DNA from: Acidimicrobiia bacterium
GTDB lineage: Bacteria; Actinomycetota; Acidimicrobiia; Spongiisociales; UBA11373
Length of the DNA stretch: 64,000 nucleotides
Direction of reading: 5' to 3'
Assembly: GCA_035464675.1 (NCBI GenBank)
Contig: DATHSA010000054.1
Span: 7,998-71,997 of the forward strand
Shown: positions 50,517 through 62,324 of the stretch, one piece after another
How the letters are laid out: the number at the start of each line of letters is the position of its first letter
How positions within the stretch are numbered: the first letter of the stretch is position 1
Translations under genes and position numbers: made by a program
Notes under the pieces: generated by a model
What the model was told of the DNA's origin: nothing
Databases searched by the model: none
Seen by the model: only the letters and a program-made list of their open reading frames with translations

Positions 50517-50533
50517 GGCGACCGCTGGTCGCC
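50517..50533 (+). terminator. Hairpin immediately after the lipoprotein stop
   Basis: GGCGACC gct GGTCGCC begins 3 nt after the TGA (50512-50514). It is part of the recurring GTGACGGGCGAC motif. Confidence 0.4.
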
Positions 50534-50744
50534 TGCAGATCGCGGTGCGCCATCTGGCACGGGGCCGGCTGGAGGAGGCAGGCATCCCGCCCCTGAGACC
50601 TCCCGTCACGCGCCGAATGTGCCTCACCGGCCGGACCACACCGAACCCGCAGAGACAAGGAGCAGGAGTCCGGTGATGGTGGCAGCAGGGGCCCGTTGAC
50701 TCATATGCAGTTCGCCGGTAACCGAAAGGGCGACGGGCGACCGA

Positions 50745-53372
<2,628 letters not shown>

Positions 53373-53562
53373 TGGATGCTCATGTTAGGGAGCGGCCGAT
53401 CGTCTGAGGAGAGGGCCGCTCGCCACCTCCAACGCTCGATCCGCTCGCCCTCTTCCAGCAACAGAGCGATCCGTGATCCAGGACGGGTGACGGTAACCGG
53501 GCCGTGACGTCGTTCCGGGTGAAGACCATCGGCGGGCCCTCTCGAAGGATCCGGCGACTGCC

Positions 53563-54210
53563 TCAGAGTTCGATGAGCTGCTCGCGAATCGCGTAGAGGA
53601 CGGCCTCGTTGCGGGAGTGAAGGCCCAATTTGTCGAGGATGTTGCGCACGTGATTCTTGACGGTGTTCTCACTGATGAACAGCACGTGACCGATCTCCTT
53701 CGACGTCAACCCCCTGGCCACGTGCTGAAGCACCTCGATCTCCCTGCCGGTGAGGACCGGGCGTCGCGGGGCCGTGAAGTCCTGATGGCGAAGAAGCTGG
53801 GAGAGCACGTCGAGCAGCTTGCCGGCCATGAGGCCGGAGAGGGCGGCTCCGCCGGCCGCGACCGAATGGAGGGAGGCCGCCAGCTCGCCGAAGGGCGCGT
53901 CCTTGATCAGGTACCCGCGCGCACCGACCTTGATGCACTCGAGGAGATCTTCCTCGGACTCGGAGCCGCTGAGCATGACGACATGTGAATCGGGCGAAAC
54001 GGCGCGAATCTTCTCGACCGCGTCCAGGCCGGAGACGCCCGGCATCAGGATGTCGAGCAGCACCAGCTCGGGTTGGAGCGACTCGGCCGCGGTGATGGCC
54101 TCGTCGGCGTCGTCCGCCTCCCCCACCACATCGAAGCCCTCGCGCTCCAGCGCGGCCGCAAGGCCTGTGCGGAAGAGATCGACGTCGTCTACGACGAGAA
54201 CACTGGTCAC
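53563..54210 (-). CDS. LuxR/NarL-family response regulator
   Basis: Receiver domain ([10 protein letters not shown]...[10 protein letters not shown]...) plus a C-terminal LuxR HTH ([36 protein letters not shown]). GTG overlaps the hpf stop (GTGA). Confidence 0.9.
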   Translation of the reverse strand: MTSVLVVDDVDLFRTGLAAALEREGFDVVGEADDADEAITAAESLQPELVLLDILMPGVSGLDAVEKIRAVSPDSHVVMLSGSESEEDLLECIKVGARGYLIKDAPFGELAASLHSVAAGGAALSGLMAGKLLDVLSQLLRHQDFTAPRRPVLTGREIEVLQHVARGLTSKEIGHVLFISENTVKNHVRNILDKLGLHSRNEAVLYAIREQLIEL

Positions 54211-54761
54211 TCTGGCTCGATCAGCCCGAGCGATCCCCCACGCCGTCGATATAGGACCCCATACCGGTCCGTATCGGCGTTGAGGAACAGATAGAAGCTG
54301 TGTCCGAGCAATTCCATCTGAAGGGCTGCCTCCTCGGGAGTCATCGGCTTGACCGAGAAACGCTTGACACGGTCGATCCGAAGCTCGTTGTCGTCTTCGC
54401 TCTGTTCTTCGACGCTCAGTCCGCCGTCATTGAGCCGTTTCTCCCCACGCTGCCGATGGAGGGTGATGATCCGCTCCTTGAGCCGGCGCAGCCTCCGCTC
54501 GAACTTGTCGATGGCTCCGTCGAGCGCGGCGCGCTCGTCGAACGCCGCAGACTCGACCCTCACCATCTGTCCGGCGACCTTGGAGGTGATCTCCACGCGG
54601 TATTTCTCCTCCGAGATCCGGGGGTTGTGTTCCGCCGAGAATTCGACGTCGACGAACTCGCCGTCGTCGAAGACCCTGGTGGCGTGATCGACCTTGCTGG
54701 AGGCCAGATCATGCAGCTCTTCGGTGAGAGACATGTGGGTTGCGTGGACGCGGATATCCAC
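54207..54761 (-). CDS. hpf: Ribosome hibernation promoting factor (long HPF)
   Basis: N-terminal RaiA/YfiA fold ([18 protein letters not shown]...) and a C-terminal dimerisation domain ([30 protein letters not shown]). Confidence 0.9.
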   Translation of the reverse strand: MDIRVHATHMSLTEELHDLASSKVDHATRVFDDGEFVDVEFSAEHNPRISEEKYRVEITSKVAGQMVRVESAAFDERAALDGAIDKFERRLRRLKERIITLHRQRGEKRLNDGGLSVEEQSEDDNELRIDRVKRFSVKPMTPEEAALQMELLGHSFYLFLNADTDRYGVLYRRRGGSLGLIEPE

Positions 54762-54941
54762 AGAGTGCTCCTTTCAGGGCAGGGTCCAGCTCCGAGTCGA
54801 GGGGACGACATGGTGGGCCGAGGGAAGGCGGACGACCGCCAGTGCCCTTCTGCGGGGCCGTCTGTGGGGCACCCAGGCCTTCAGGGCTTCTCGCTCTCCC
54901 TCGGCGCGTGACCCAATGGTACCGGACCCCCGGCCGGGCGA

Positions 54942-55505
54942 TCAGGGCCGAACTGCAGTGCCCCGGAGCGCCGAGGTCGCCGTGACCGCGTGACATGCAG
55001 TGGCGACCCTCGCTGCGGCGCAGAGCGTGGTGCCGGTGGTCACGACGTCGTCGACAAGGATGGCGCCTTCCCCGGGATGCCGGGTCAGGGTGAATCTCGG
55101 GATGCCGCGGCGCCCCCCGGCCTGGCCGGCGCGTCGTGCCACCCAGAATGCAGGCCGCAGCGCATGAACAACCGGCAGGCCGGTGAGCCGGGCAACGATC
55201 GCCGTCACCGCAACGCCGGAGTCCACGCCGTAGCGCCACCGGCGCGCGACGACGCGAGGCACCGGAACCAGGCACTGCGCATGGCCGGGCAGGATCTGCG
55301 CCATCGCTCGGGCGAGGGGACCTGCTGCCGCCTCGAGCGCCTCGTACTTGAGGCGGTGAACCAGGCGCCTCGCCGCCCCTTCGTGAACGAACGCCGCGCG
55401 AACCAGGACGCTCCCGAGGTGCTGCTCAGGGGCGGGTGACAGGGTGCCGGCGCAGCGGGTGCAGAGATCGTCGCGGGCGGCGTCGGCGCAGGAGAGGCAG
55501 AGCAT
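54942..55505 (-). CDS. comF: ComF-family phosphoribosyltransferase-like protein
   Basis: ATG 55505 gives MLCLSCADAARDDLCTRCAG (Cys motif) ... ILVDDVVTTGTTL (PRT motif). Confidence 0.8.
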   Translation of the reverse strand: MLCLSCADAARDDLCTRCAGTLSPAPEQHLGSVLVRAAFVHEGAARRLVHRLKYEALEAAAGPLARAMAQILPGHAQCLVPVPRVVARRWRYGVDSGVAVTAIVARLTGLPVVHALRPAFWVARRAGQAGGRRGIPRFTLTRHPGEGAILVDDVVTTGTTLCAAARVATACHAVTATSALRGTAVRP

Positions 55506-55662
55506 CCGAGCGAAGTCTCTCTCGGCACTGTGACACGCCCGGCGACCCACGGAACCGCCGGAGGGACTAGCGCGTTGCCCGTCTCCGCAAATGGACACTA
55601 CTCGCGGTTGAGTGACCACTCTCTGTGACCTACAGTTACCCCAGCAGGGCAAAGGGGAACTC

Positions 55663-57432
55663 ATGCCGTTCGATGTCGAAGTGAGCCGTGAGCGTCGTCG
55701 GCAGCGGCGGCTCCGGAGGCTCGCCTGGTTCCTGGCTCCCATCGTCGCCTGGCTGTGGCTCCGCATCGCCGCAGGAAACCCGGTGTCGCCCGGCTGGCCC
55801 GACCTCGGCCCCGACGCCGCCACGTGGCTTCCGGGATTCTTCGTGATCCTCCTCCTCGTGCTTCTGATCCTCGGCCCGATGCTCGGGAATGGCCGCTCCC
55901 CCGAGGTCGTCTACCTGCCCGAGCAGATCGACGTCTCATTCGACTCGGTCAAGGGCCTCGGGCCTGTGCTCGTCGAGGTGCGCCACACCCTGGAGGTCTT
56001 CCTCAACCATCAGCGGTTCCGCGAGGAGATGGGGGGCGCCCCACGCCGCGGGGTCCTCTTCGAAGGGCCGCCGGGAACCGGCAAGACGCACACTGCCAAG
56101 GCGATGGCCAAGGAGGCCGGCGTGCCCTTCCTGTTCGTCTCATCCACGGCTTTCCAGAGCATGTGGTACGGCGCCACGGCGCGGAAGATCAGATCCTTCT
56201 TCCGGAATCTGCGAAAGGTGGCCCGCGCCGAGGGAGGCGCCATCGGATTCATCGAGGAGTTCGATGCGATCGGCGCCACGCGGGGTGGCATGGATCGCTT
56301 CGCCGCGACCCGCATCGAGCGCTCCGCCATCTCCGAGGGCACCGGCGGGGTCGTCAACGAGCTGCTCACACAGATGCAGAGCTTCGACGATCCGCCCCGG
56401 TCCATCCGGCTGTCGAACTGGTGGCGGCGTCTCATCAACCGTTTCCTGCCCCCGACCGTGCAGATCAAGCTGCGCTCGGCTCCCTTCGCCAACGTCCTGC
56501 TGATAGGGGCGACGAACCGTGCCGACGCTCTCGACCCCGCCCTGCTCCGCCCGGGCCGATTCGATCGCATCCTCCACTTCGGCCTGCCCGCCCGCAGGGA
56601 TCGTCGCGAGCTCATCGATCTCTTCCTCGAGAGAAGGGCGCACGACGAGACGGTCGACGACGTCGCCCGCGACGACCTCGCGGCGTCGACTATCGGATAC
56701 ACGCCTGCCTCGCTGGAGAGGCTGTTCGACGAGGCGCTGCTGTTCGCTCTGCGCGACGAGCGACTCCGCCTCGGGGCCGAGGATCTGCGCCGGGCGCGCA
56801 TGGACATCGAGATCGGCCTGGCCGAGCCCACGGAGTACACCCCGGAGGAACGGGAGACCATCGCCGTGCACGAGTCGGGCCATGCCGTCGTCGCCCATCT
56901 CGTTGGGAGGGGACGGAAGCTCGACGTGCTGTCGATCGTGAAGCGGAGAGACGCCCTCGGCCTTCTCGCCCACAGCGAAACCGAAGAGCGTTACACGCGA
57001 CGCCGGACCGAGTCGCTGGCGTTGATCCAGATCGCGCTCGGAGGGATGGTCGCCGAGGAGCTCTTCTACGGGGAGTCGGGCACCGGTCCGGCTGCGGATC
57101 TTGCCACTGCCACGAAGATGGCCGCCGAGATGATCGGCGCAATGGGATTGGGTGGTTCGCTCGTCTCGCTCCTGGCGGCCGACCCGGGACTCGTCGGTGG
57201 CGACCTCACCGCCCGGGTGCTGGCCGACGACCGTGCCCGCACCGCGGTCGAGGAGCTTCTCGACGAGCAGAAGGCGGTGGTGACCGCACTGCTCCGTGAC
57301 AACCGCCGCCTCATCGAGGCCCTCCGCGACGCCCTACTCGAACGCAACGAGCTGGTCTCCCGAGAGATCACCGAGGTGATCGAGGCCGCGAAGGAGCGCT
57401 CCGGCGCGGTGCTCGATCTGACGGACGCCTAG
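55663..57432 (+). CDS. FtsH-like membrane AAA+ metalloprotease paralog
   Basis: ATG 55663, two N-terminal TM helices, GPPGTGKTHTAKA Walker A, LIGATNRADALDPALLRPGRFDR, and HESGHAVVAH zinc motif. Confidence 0.8.
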   Translation: MPFDVEVSRERRRQRRLRRLAWFLAPIVAWLWLRIAAGNPVSPGWPDLGPDAATWLPGFFVILLLVLLILGPMLGNGRSPEVVYLPEQIDVSFDSVKGLGPVLVEVRHTLEVFLNHQRFREEMGGAPRRGVLFEGPPGTGKTHTAKAMAKEAGVPFLFVSSTAFQSMWYGATARKIRSFFRNLRKVARAEGGAIGFIEEFDAIGATRGGMDRFAATRIERSAISEGTGGVVNELLTQMQSFDDPPRSIRLSNWWRRLINRFLPPTVQIKLRSAPFANVLLIGATNRADALDPALLRPGRFDRILHFGLPARRDRRELIDLFLERRAHDETVDDVARDDLAASTIGYTPASLERLFDEALLFALRDERLRLGAEDLRRARMDIEIGLAEPTEYTPEERETIAVHESGHAVVAHLVGRGRKLDVLSIVKRRDALGLLAHSETEERYTRRRTESLALIQIALGGMVAEELFYGESGTGPAADLATATKMAAEMIGAMGLGGSLVSLLAADPGLVGGDLTARVLADDRARTAVEELLDEQKAVVTALLRDNRRLIEALRDALLERNELVSREITEVIEAAKERSGAVLDLTDA

Positions 57433-57434
57433 GA

Positions 57435-57522
57435 ACCGTTCCCCGTTGCCGGTTACCCGTTACCCGTGCGTCCGATCGCGTCCGGAGATCGGGGAACGGG
57501 GAACGGCGGGCCGAAGGCCCGC
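57435..57522. repeat. Inverted heptamer arrays plus GAA-triloop hairpin between convergent genes
   Basis: accgttc cccgttg ccggtta cccgtta cccgtgc (57435-57469), then ggggaac ggggaac (57491-57504). 57436-57447 is the exact complement of 57495-57506. The hairpin GCGGGCC gaa GGCCCGC (57506-57522) abuts the ahcY stop. Confidence 0.88.
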
Positions 57523-58769
57523 TACGTCCCGATCTCCCACGACGCCAGGTATTGCTCCTGCTCGTCGGTGAGGCGCTCCAGCGAGCCCCCGAGACGCTCC
57601 AGAGCGATCGTCGCCACCTCCGCATCGAGATGATCAGGCAGGCGATAGACCCGGTTGTCGAGGCTGTCGCCTTCCTTCACCAGCCATTCGGCAGCGAGCG
57701 CCTGGTTGCCGAATGACATGTCCATCACCTCGGCAGGATGCCCCTCGGCAGCACCGAGGTTGACCAGTCGGCCCTCGGCCACGACGTGGATCCGGCGCCC
57801 GTCCGGCATGGTCCACTCGTCCAGTTCATGGCGGATCCGCCGGGGCCCGGTTGCCCGCCTCTCGAGCTCGCGGAGATCGATCTCGACGTCGAAATGTCCG
57901 GCATTGGCGAGGACGACGCCGTCCTTCATCACGTCGAAGTGCCGATCGCGCAGCACGTGGCGGTTACCGGTGACCGTGATGAACACGTCTCCGATGCGGG
58001 CAGCCTCGTCGGCGGTCGCGACGGTGTATCCCTCCATCACAGCGGCGAGTGCCCGCACCGGATCGACCTCGACCACCACCACCCTCGCCCCGAAGCCGTC
58101 GGCCCGCGAGGCGACACCGGCGCCGCAGTCGCCAAAGCCGACGACGACGACGGTCTTGCCTGCGATCAGCAGGTTGGTGGCCCGGATCACCCCGTCGAGC
58201 GCCGACTGGCCGGTGCCGTGCCGGTTGTCGAACAGGTGCTTGGTCGCCGAGTCGTTGACGGCGACCACGGGGAAGCGCAGCACGCCCTGCTGTTCCATGG
58301 CCCTCAGCCGAATCACGCCGGTCGTGGTCTCCTCGGTCGAACCGATCGGGACCTGGCTGGGCCGCTCCTTGAGGAGGGTCGTGACGAGATCGGCGCCATC
58401 GTCCATCGTGATCTCGGGCTGGCGGTCCAGGACCGCGCGTATATGGGCGTAATAGGAGTCGGCGTCCTCGCCCCGGATGGCGAAGACGGGGATTCCCGAC
58501 GCCACCAGGGCCGCTGCCACATCGTCCTGCGTGGAGAGGGGATTCGAGGCACACAGGGCGACATCGGCGCCGCCGGCGCGGAGCGTCTCCATGAGGTTTG
58601 CGGTCTCGGCCGTCACATGGAGGCAGGCTGCGATGCCGACTCCGGCGAGCGGAGTCTCCTTCTCGAAGCGCTCCCTGATCGAGGCGAGGACCGGCATGCG
58701 GCGCCGCGCCCACTCGATACGCAAGGCGCCGCCGTCGGCAAGCGAGGAATCGGCGATGTCGTAGTCCAT
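57522..58769 (-). CDS. ahcY: Adenosylhomocysteinase
   Basis: ATG 58769 gives MDYDIADSSLADGG.... NAD-binding motif VVVVGFGDCGAGVA. 415 aa. Confidence 0.93.
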   Translation of the reverse strand: MDYDIADSSLADGGALRIEWARRRMPVLASIRERFEKETPLAGVGIAACLHVTAETANLMETLRAGGADVALCASNPLSTQDDVAAALVASGIPVFAIRGEDADSYYAHIRAVLDRQPEITMDDGADLVTTLLKERPSQVPIGSTEETTTGVIRLRAMEQQGVLRFPVVAVNDSATKHLFDNRHGTGQSALDGVIRATNLLIAGKTVVVVGFGDCGAGVASRADGFGARVVVVEVDPVRALAAVMEGYTVATADEAARIGDVFITVTGNRHVLRDRHFDVMKDGVVLANAGHFDVEIDLRELERRATGPRRIRHELDEWTMPDGRRIHVVAEGRLVNLGAAEGHPAEVMDMSFGNQALAAEWLVKEGDSLDNRVYRLPDHLDAEVATIALERLGGSLERLTDEQEQYLASWEIGT

Positions 58770-58808
58770 GGGGTGGAGGTTACCGGTGCCCCGACCCGGC
58801 CCGGCAGC

Positions 58809-58976
58809 CGCAACTCGCAATACGCAATACGACAGAGCGCGTCAACTGTCCCGCCACGATCGGTCATATTGCGTATCGCGCCGAGCGGCGCGATCACGCC
58901 ACTAGCGATGCCCTGCGGGCCGCGTCGGCCCGAGCCGCGGGACTTGCGTATCGCGGGGGCCGCCCGAGGCGGCCCC
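58809..58976. repeat. CGCAATA/TATYGCG heptamer blocks in direct and inverted orientation, plus a 9-bp CGA-triloop hairpin
   Basis: cgcaact cgcaata cgcaata cgacaga (58809-58836); tattgcg tatcgcg (58867-58880); acttgcg tatcgcg (58942-58955); GGGGCCGCC cga GGCGGCCCC (58956-58976), abutting the upstream gene's stop. Confidence 0.85.
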
Positions 58977-59962
58977 TACTCCGCCAGCCGCTTCTTCAAC
59001 TTCTCGATCACTTCCACGGGCATCGGGTCGACCCCGGACCTCTCGGCAAGTGCGACCGAGACCAGGTCCCCCACGATGACCAGGGAGAACAGGCGGGCAA
59101 GCACGCCCTCACCGCGCGACGCCACTTCGCCGGCGACCTCCACACCCTCCATGAGCTCCCGGGTGAGCCGAACGCGACGGCCGACTCGCGGATCGTCGCC
59201 CGAGTCGGTGAGCAGCACGATGCCGACGGAGTCGGCGCCCAGGTCCGGATGCGCCGTCCAGCCCACCAGCTCGTTGTGATCGAGCTCCGGGAACGCCGAC
59301 CAGTAGGCCGGCGCCTTCGAGTTCTCGTTGATCTGTGTCTTCCACCGTCCGGCCGCAGTCGACGTGACGCCAGGGGTGCCATAGACGATGGTGATCCGGC
59401 CATCGAGGGCTTCGGCCAGATTCTCGGCCTGCTTCTGCGCCTCACCGCCGAGCAGGTCCTCGACCACCTGTGCAGCCTCGAGGAGTCCGGTCGCGGTCGC
59501 CCCCACCACGCCCGAGGATTCGAGCACGCGAAGGACGGCACCGGAGAGGTAGCCCATCGCGGCGCGGGGCTGGGGCCCGTCAGGAATTTCGACGTGCGGG
59601 ATCCCGTGCTCGCGGGCGATCTCGGCGAGGGCGCCGCCCGTCGACATCGTGCCGACGGGGAGGCCCTCGGTGATGGTGGCTTCGACGGCCGAGAGCGTCT
59701 CTTCGGTGTTTCCGCTGTGGGAGACCCCGATCACCAGGGGTCGAGAGGCCTCGGCCCACCCGGGCAGTCCGTAGGACTTGTGGACGGCGACCCTCCGTCC
59801 ATGCGCTTCGGCGAACACCGCAGCCACGTCTCCGGCGACACCCGAGCCTCCCATGCCGACTACGAGGGCTTCCTCGGCGTACGGCATGTCGGGCGGGGAC
59901 ATCTCAGCCGCCCACCGCAGCTGGTCGGGGAGGTCGGCGATCAGGTCACGCATTTCGGTCAT
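58976..59962 (-). CDS. SIS-domain bifunctional phosphoglucose/phosphomannose isomerase-like protein
   Basis: ATG 59962 is preceded by GAAGGAGA. LVVGMGGSGVAGDV...VIGVSHSGNTEETL SIS motifs. Confidence 0.8.
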   Translation of the reverse strand: MTEMRDLIADLPDQLRWAAEMSPPDMPYAEEALVVGMGGSGVAGDVAAVFAEAHGRRVAVHKSYGLPGWAEASRPLVIGVSHSGNTEETLSAVEATITEGLPVGTMSTGGALAEIAREHGIPHVEIPDGPQPRAAMGYLSGAVLRVLESSGVVGATATGLLEAAQVVEDLLGGEAQKQAENLAEALDGRITIVYGTPGVTSTAAGRWKTQINENSKAPAYWSAFPELDHNELVGWTAHPDLGADSVGIVLLTDSGDDPRVGRRVRLTRELMEGVEVAGEVASRGEGVLARLFSLVIVGDLVSVALAERSGVDPMPVEVIEKLKKRLAE

Positions 59963-60129
59963 TCGGTCTCCTTCGGCGGCGTCTCGTCGACGACCATGTG
60001 AGGCACCCCGTCTCGCACCGGGTAGGTGCGGCCGCACCCGGTGCAGACGATCTGGTCGCCCGACTCCTCCACACGGCTCCGGCATACCGGACACTGCAGA
60101 ATCGACAGCAGTTCAGGCGGCACCGACAT
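59959..60129 (-). CDS. Trm112-family small zinc-ribbon-like protein (56 aa)
   Basis: Absent from the ORF track (under 60 aa). MSVPPELLSILQCPVCRSRVEESGDQIVCTGCGRTYPVRDGVPHMVVDETPPKETE. ATGA overlap downstream and a 17-nt overlap with the PMM stop upstream. Confidence 0.75.
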   Translation of the reverse strand: MSVPPELLSILQCPVCRSRVEESGDQIVCTGCGRTYPVRDGVPHMVVDETPPKETE

Positions 60130-61462
60130 GTGAGGCCTCCTCCACGATCTGCTTCACCTTCTGTACGAGCGCCTCCACGTGGGCAGCCTTCGGCGCCTCG
60201 ACGTTGAGCCGCAGCACCGGCTCGGTGTTCGACGGGCGCAGGTTGAACCAGCGGTCGTCATAGGTGACCGTCAGGCCGTCGAGGCGGTCCTGGGCGCCGT
60301 CGAACGCGACGGCCACCGCCTCGATCGCCTCGGCCTGGCCGTCCACCTCCAGGTTGATCTCACCCGACTGGGCGAAACGCTCGTAGTCGCCCCGGATCTC
60401 GGACAGCCGCCGGCCGTCCTCGCTGATCAGACGGAGCAGGACCAGCATCGCCAGGATCCCCGAGTCCGCCCGGTAGTGGTCGCGGAAGTAGTAATGGCCG
60501 GAGTGCTCACCACCGAAGACGGCACCGGTCTCCTTCATGACCGCCTTGATGTACGAGTGGCCTACCCGGGTTCGCACCGGCGTCCCCCCACGCTCCCGAA
60601 TCGCCTCGGGCACCGCAGCCGAACAGATCAGGTTGTGCACGACGGTCGCTCCCGGCTCCCGGGCGAGGAACCAGGCGGCGATCATCGCGGTGACGGTGCT
60701 GCCGGGAAGGGACCGTCCGCGGTCGTCGATGAAGAATGCCCTGTCGGCATCTCCGTCGAACGCCACGCCGAGATCGGGCGGATTGCGGTCGATCAGGCGC
60801 TCGAGGTCGAGAAGGTTCTCGGGGCGGAGGGGATCGGGGTGGTGGTTGGGGAAGGTCCCGTCGGGCGCCAGATAGAGCGGGATGAGTGTCGCCGGCAGCC
60901 GCTCGAAGAGATCGGGCACGACCACGCCGGCCGTTCCGTTGCCCCCATCGACGGCGACCCGGAGCTCCCCGATCGATCCGGCATCGACGATGCCCATCAG
61001 GTGATCGATGTAACGCTCCCGGATGTCGACCGGGTGAGTCTCGCCGGTGGCGTCCACCGGCTCGATACCCTTCGCGGCCAGCCGCTTCACGTCGTCGAGC
61101 CCTGAGTCGGCCCCGACGGGAGCCGCCGCGGCGAGGCACAACTTGATGCCGTTGTAGCCCTTGGGATTGTGGGAGGCGGTGATCATGGCCCCCGGCTGGT
61201 CGAGATCCCCGGCGGCGAAATACACCATGTCGGTGGTGACCAGTCCGAGGTCGTCGACATCCACCCCCTGTGACGTGATTCCCTCGATCAGGGCGGTGGC
61301 GAGGATCGGCGAAGAGATCCGAACATCCCGACCGACGGCGATTCGCGGGGCTACCGCGAAGGCGGCGAACGCGGCCCCGATTCGTCGGGCGGCCTCGTCG
61401 TCGAGTTGATCGGGCACGATGCCCCGGACGTCGTAGGCCTTGAAGATCGCATCGAGGTCCAT
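60113..61462 (-). CDS. manB: Phosphomannomutase/phosphoglucomutase
   Basis: ATG 61462 gives MDLDAIFKAYDVRGIVPDQL...ITASHNPKGYNG (active-site Ser loop) ...FDGDADR. Confidence 0.92.
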   Translation of the reverse strand: MDLDAIFKAYDVRGIVPDQLDDEAARRIGAAFAAFAVAPRIAVGRDVRISSPILATALIEGITSQGVDVDDLGLVTTDMVYFAAGDLDQPGAMITASHNPKGYNGIKLCLAAAAPVGADSGLDDVKRLAAKGIEPVDATGETHPVDIRERYIDHLMGIVDAGSIGELRVAVDGGNGTAGVVVPDLFERLPATLIPLYLAPDGTFPNHHPDPLRPENLLDLERLIDRNPPDLGVAFDGDADRAFFIDDRGRSLPGSTVTAMIAAWFLAREPGATVVHNLICSAAVPEAIRERGGTPVRTRVGHSYIKAVMKETGAVFGGEHSGHYYFRDHYRADSGILAMLVLLRLISEDGRRLSEIRGDYERFAQSGEINLEVDGQAEAIEAVAVAFDGAQDRLDGLTVTYDDRWFNLRPSNTEPVLRLNVEAPKAAHVEALVQKVKQIVEEASHVGAA

Positions 61463-61611
61463 GCGCGAATTGTGGCATGCGGGCGGGGCTCGGCCTCGCG
61501 CCGGGCGAATCGTCACCCGTCGCCCGTCGCCGGTGCTGGTGCTGGGGCAGTCGAGAGCCCCGTCCGCGGTGATGGGGCAACGGGCAGACGTCCCCGTACA
61601 CTCCCCCACTG

Positions 61612-62319
61612 ATGCCCGCCTCCATATCCATCGTCATCCCGGTCCACAACGAGGTCGGATTCATGCCGGCGGCGATGGAGCGCCTCATGGCGGAATTGGG
61701 AACCGTCGATGCCACCTTCGAGGTGATCGTCGCCGAGAACGGCTCCACGGACGGCACCGGGGAAGTCGCGGATCAGATCGCCGAGGACGATCCCCGGGTC
61801 AGGGCGCTACGGCTCCCCGAGCCCGACTACGGCGCGGCGATGCGGGCCGGATTCATGGCCTCGACCGGCGAGTGGGTCGTCAATTTCGACATCGACTACT
61901 TCTCGGCCGATTTCCTGCGGGCGGCATTGGAGCTGAGCAATGAGGCGGACATCGTGCTCGCATCCAAGCGTGCCGAAGGAGCCGAGGATCGCCGCAGTCT
62001 GTTTCGCCGCCTCGGGACGCTGGGCTTCAACATCCTCCTCAGACTCATGTTCGGGTCGAAGGTGAGCGACACCCACGGGATGAAGATGGTGCGCGGATCC
62101 CTGGCACGGGAGCTGACCCCGACGGTCATATCGAACCTCGATCTCTTCGACACCGAGCTGGTGATCCGCGCCGAGCGCGCCGGAGCCCGCATCAGGGAGG
62201 TGCCTGCGCGTGTCGAGGAGCTGCGCGACGCCCGTTCCAGTTTCCTCAGCCGGGTGCCGAGGACGCTCAAGGGGATGTGGAGGATCAGACGGGCCCTCCG
62301 GCGCGAGTCAAAGCGATAG
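61612..62319 (+). CDS. Family-2 glycosyltransferase (polyprenol-phosphate mannose/glucose synthase-like)
   Basis: SIVIPVHNE...VAENGSTDGT...DIDY is the GT-A DxD context. 235 aa. Confidence 0.8.
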   Translation: MPASISIVIPVHNEVGFMPAAMERLMAELGTVDATFEVIVAENGSTDGTGEVADQIAEDDPRVRALRLPEPDYGAAMRAGFMASTGEWVVNFDIDYFSADFLRAALELSNEADIVLASKRAEGAEDRRSLFRRLGTLGFNILLRLMFGSKVSDTHGMKMVRGSLARELTPTVISNLDLFDTELVIRAERAGARIREVPARVEELRDARSSFLSRVPRTLKGMWRIRRALRRESKR

Positions 62320-62324
62320 CCCGG

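Noticed and set aside
50624-50704. A 26-codon hydrophobic ORF (MSQRAPAATITGLLLLVSAGSVWSGR) downstream of secA.
   Set aside because: There is no convincing RBS, it is very short, and it lies in a terminator-like spacer. The evidence is insufficient.
58770-58975. An SAH riboswitch upstream of ahcY.
   Set aside because: I could not find the conserved SAH-riboswitch core elements on the minus strand. The leader is occupied by heptamer blocks and hairpins. Confirmation needs Rfam/Infernal.
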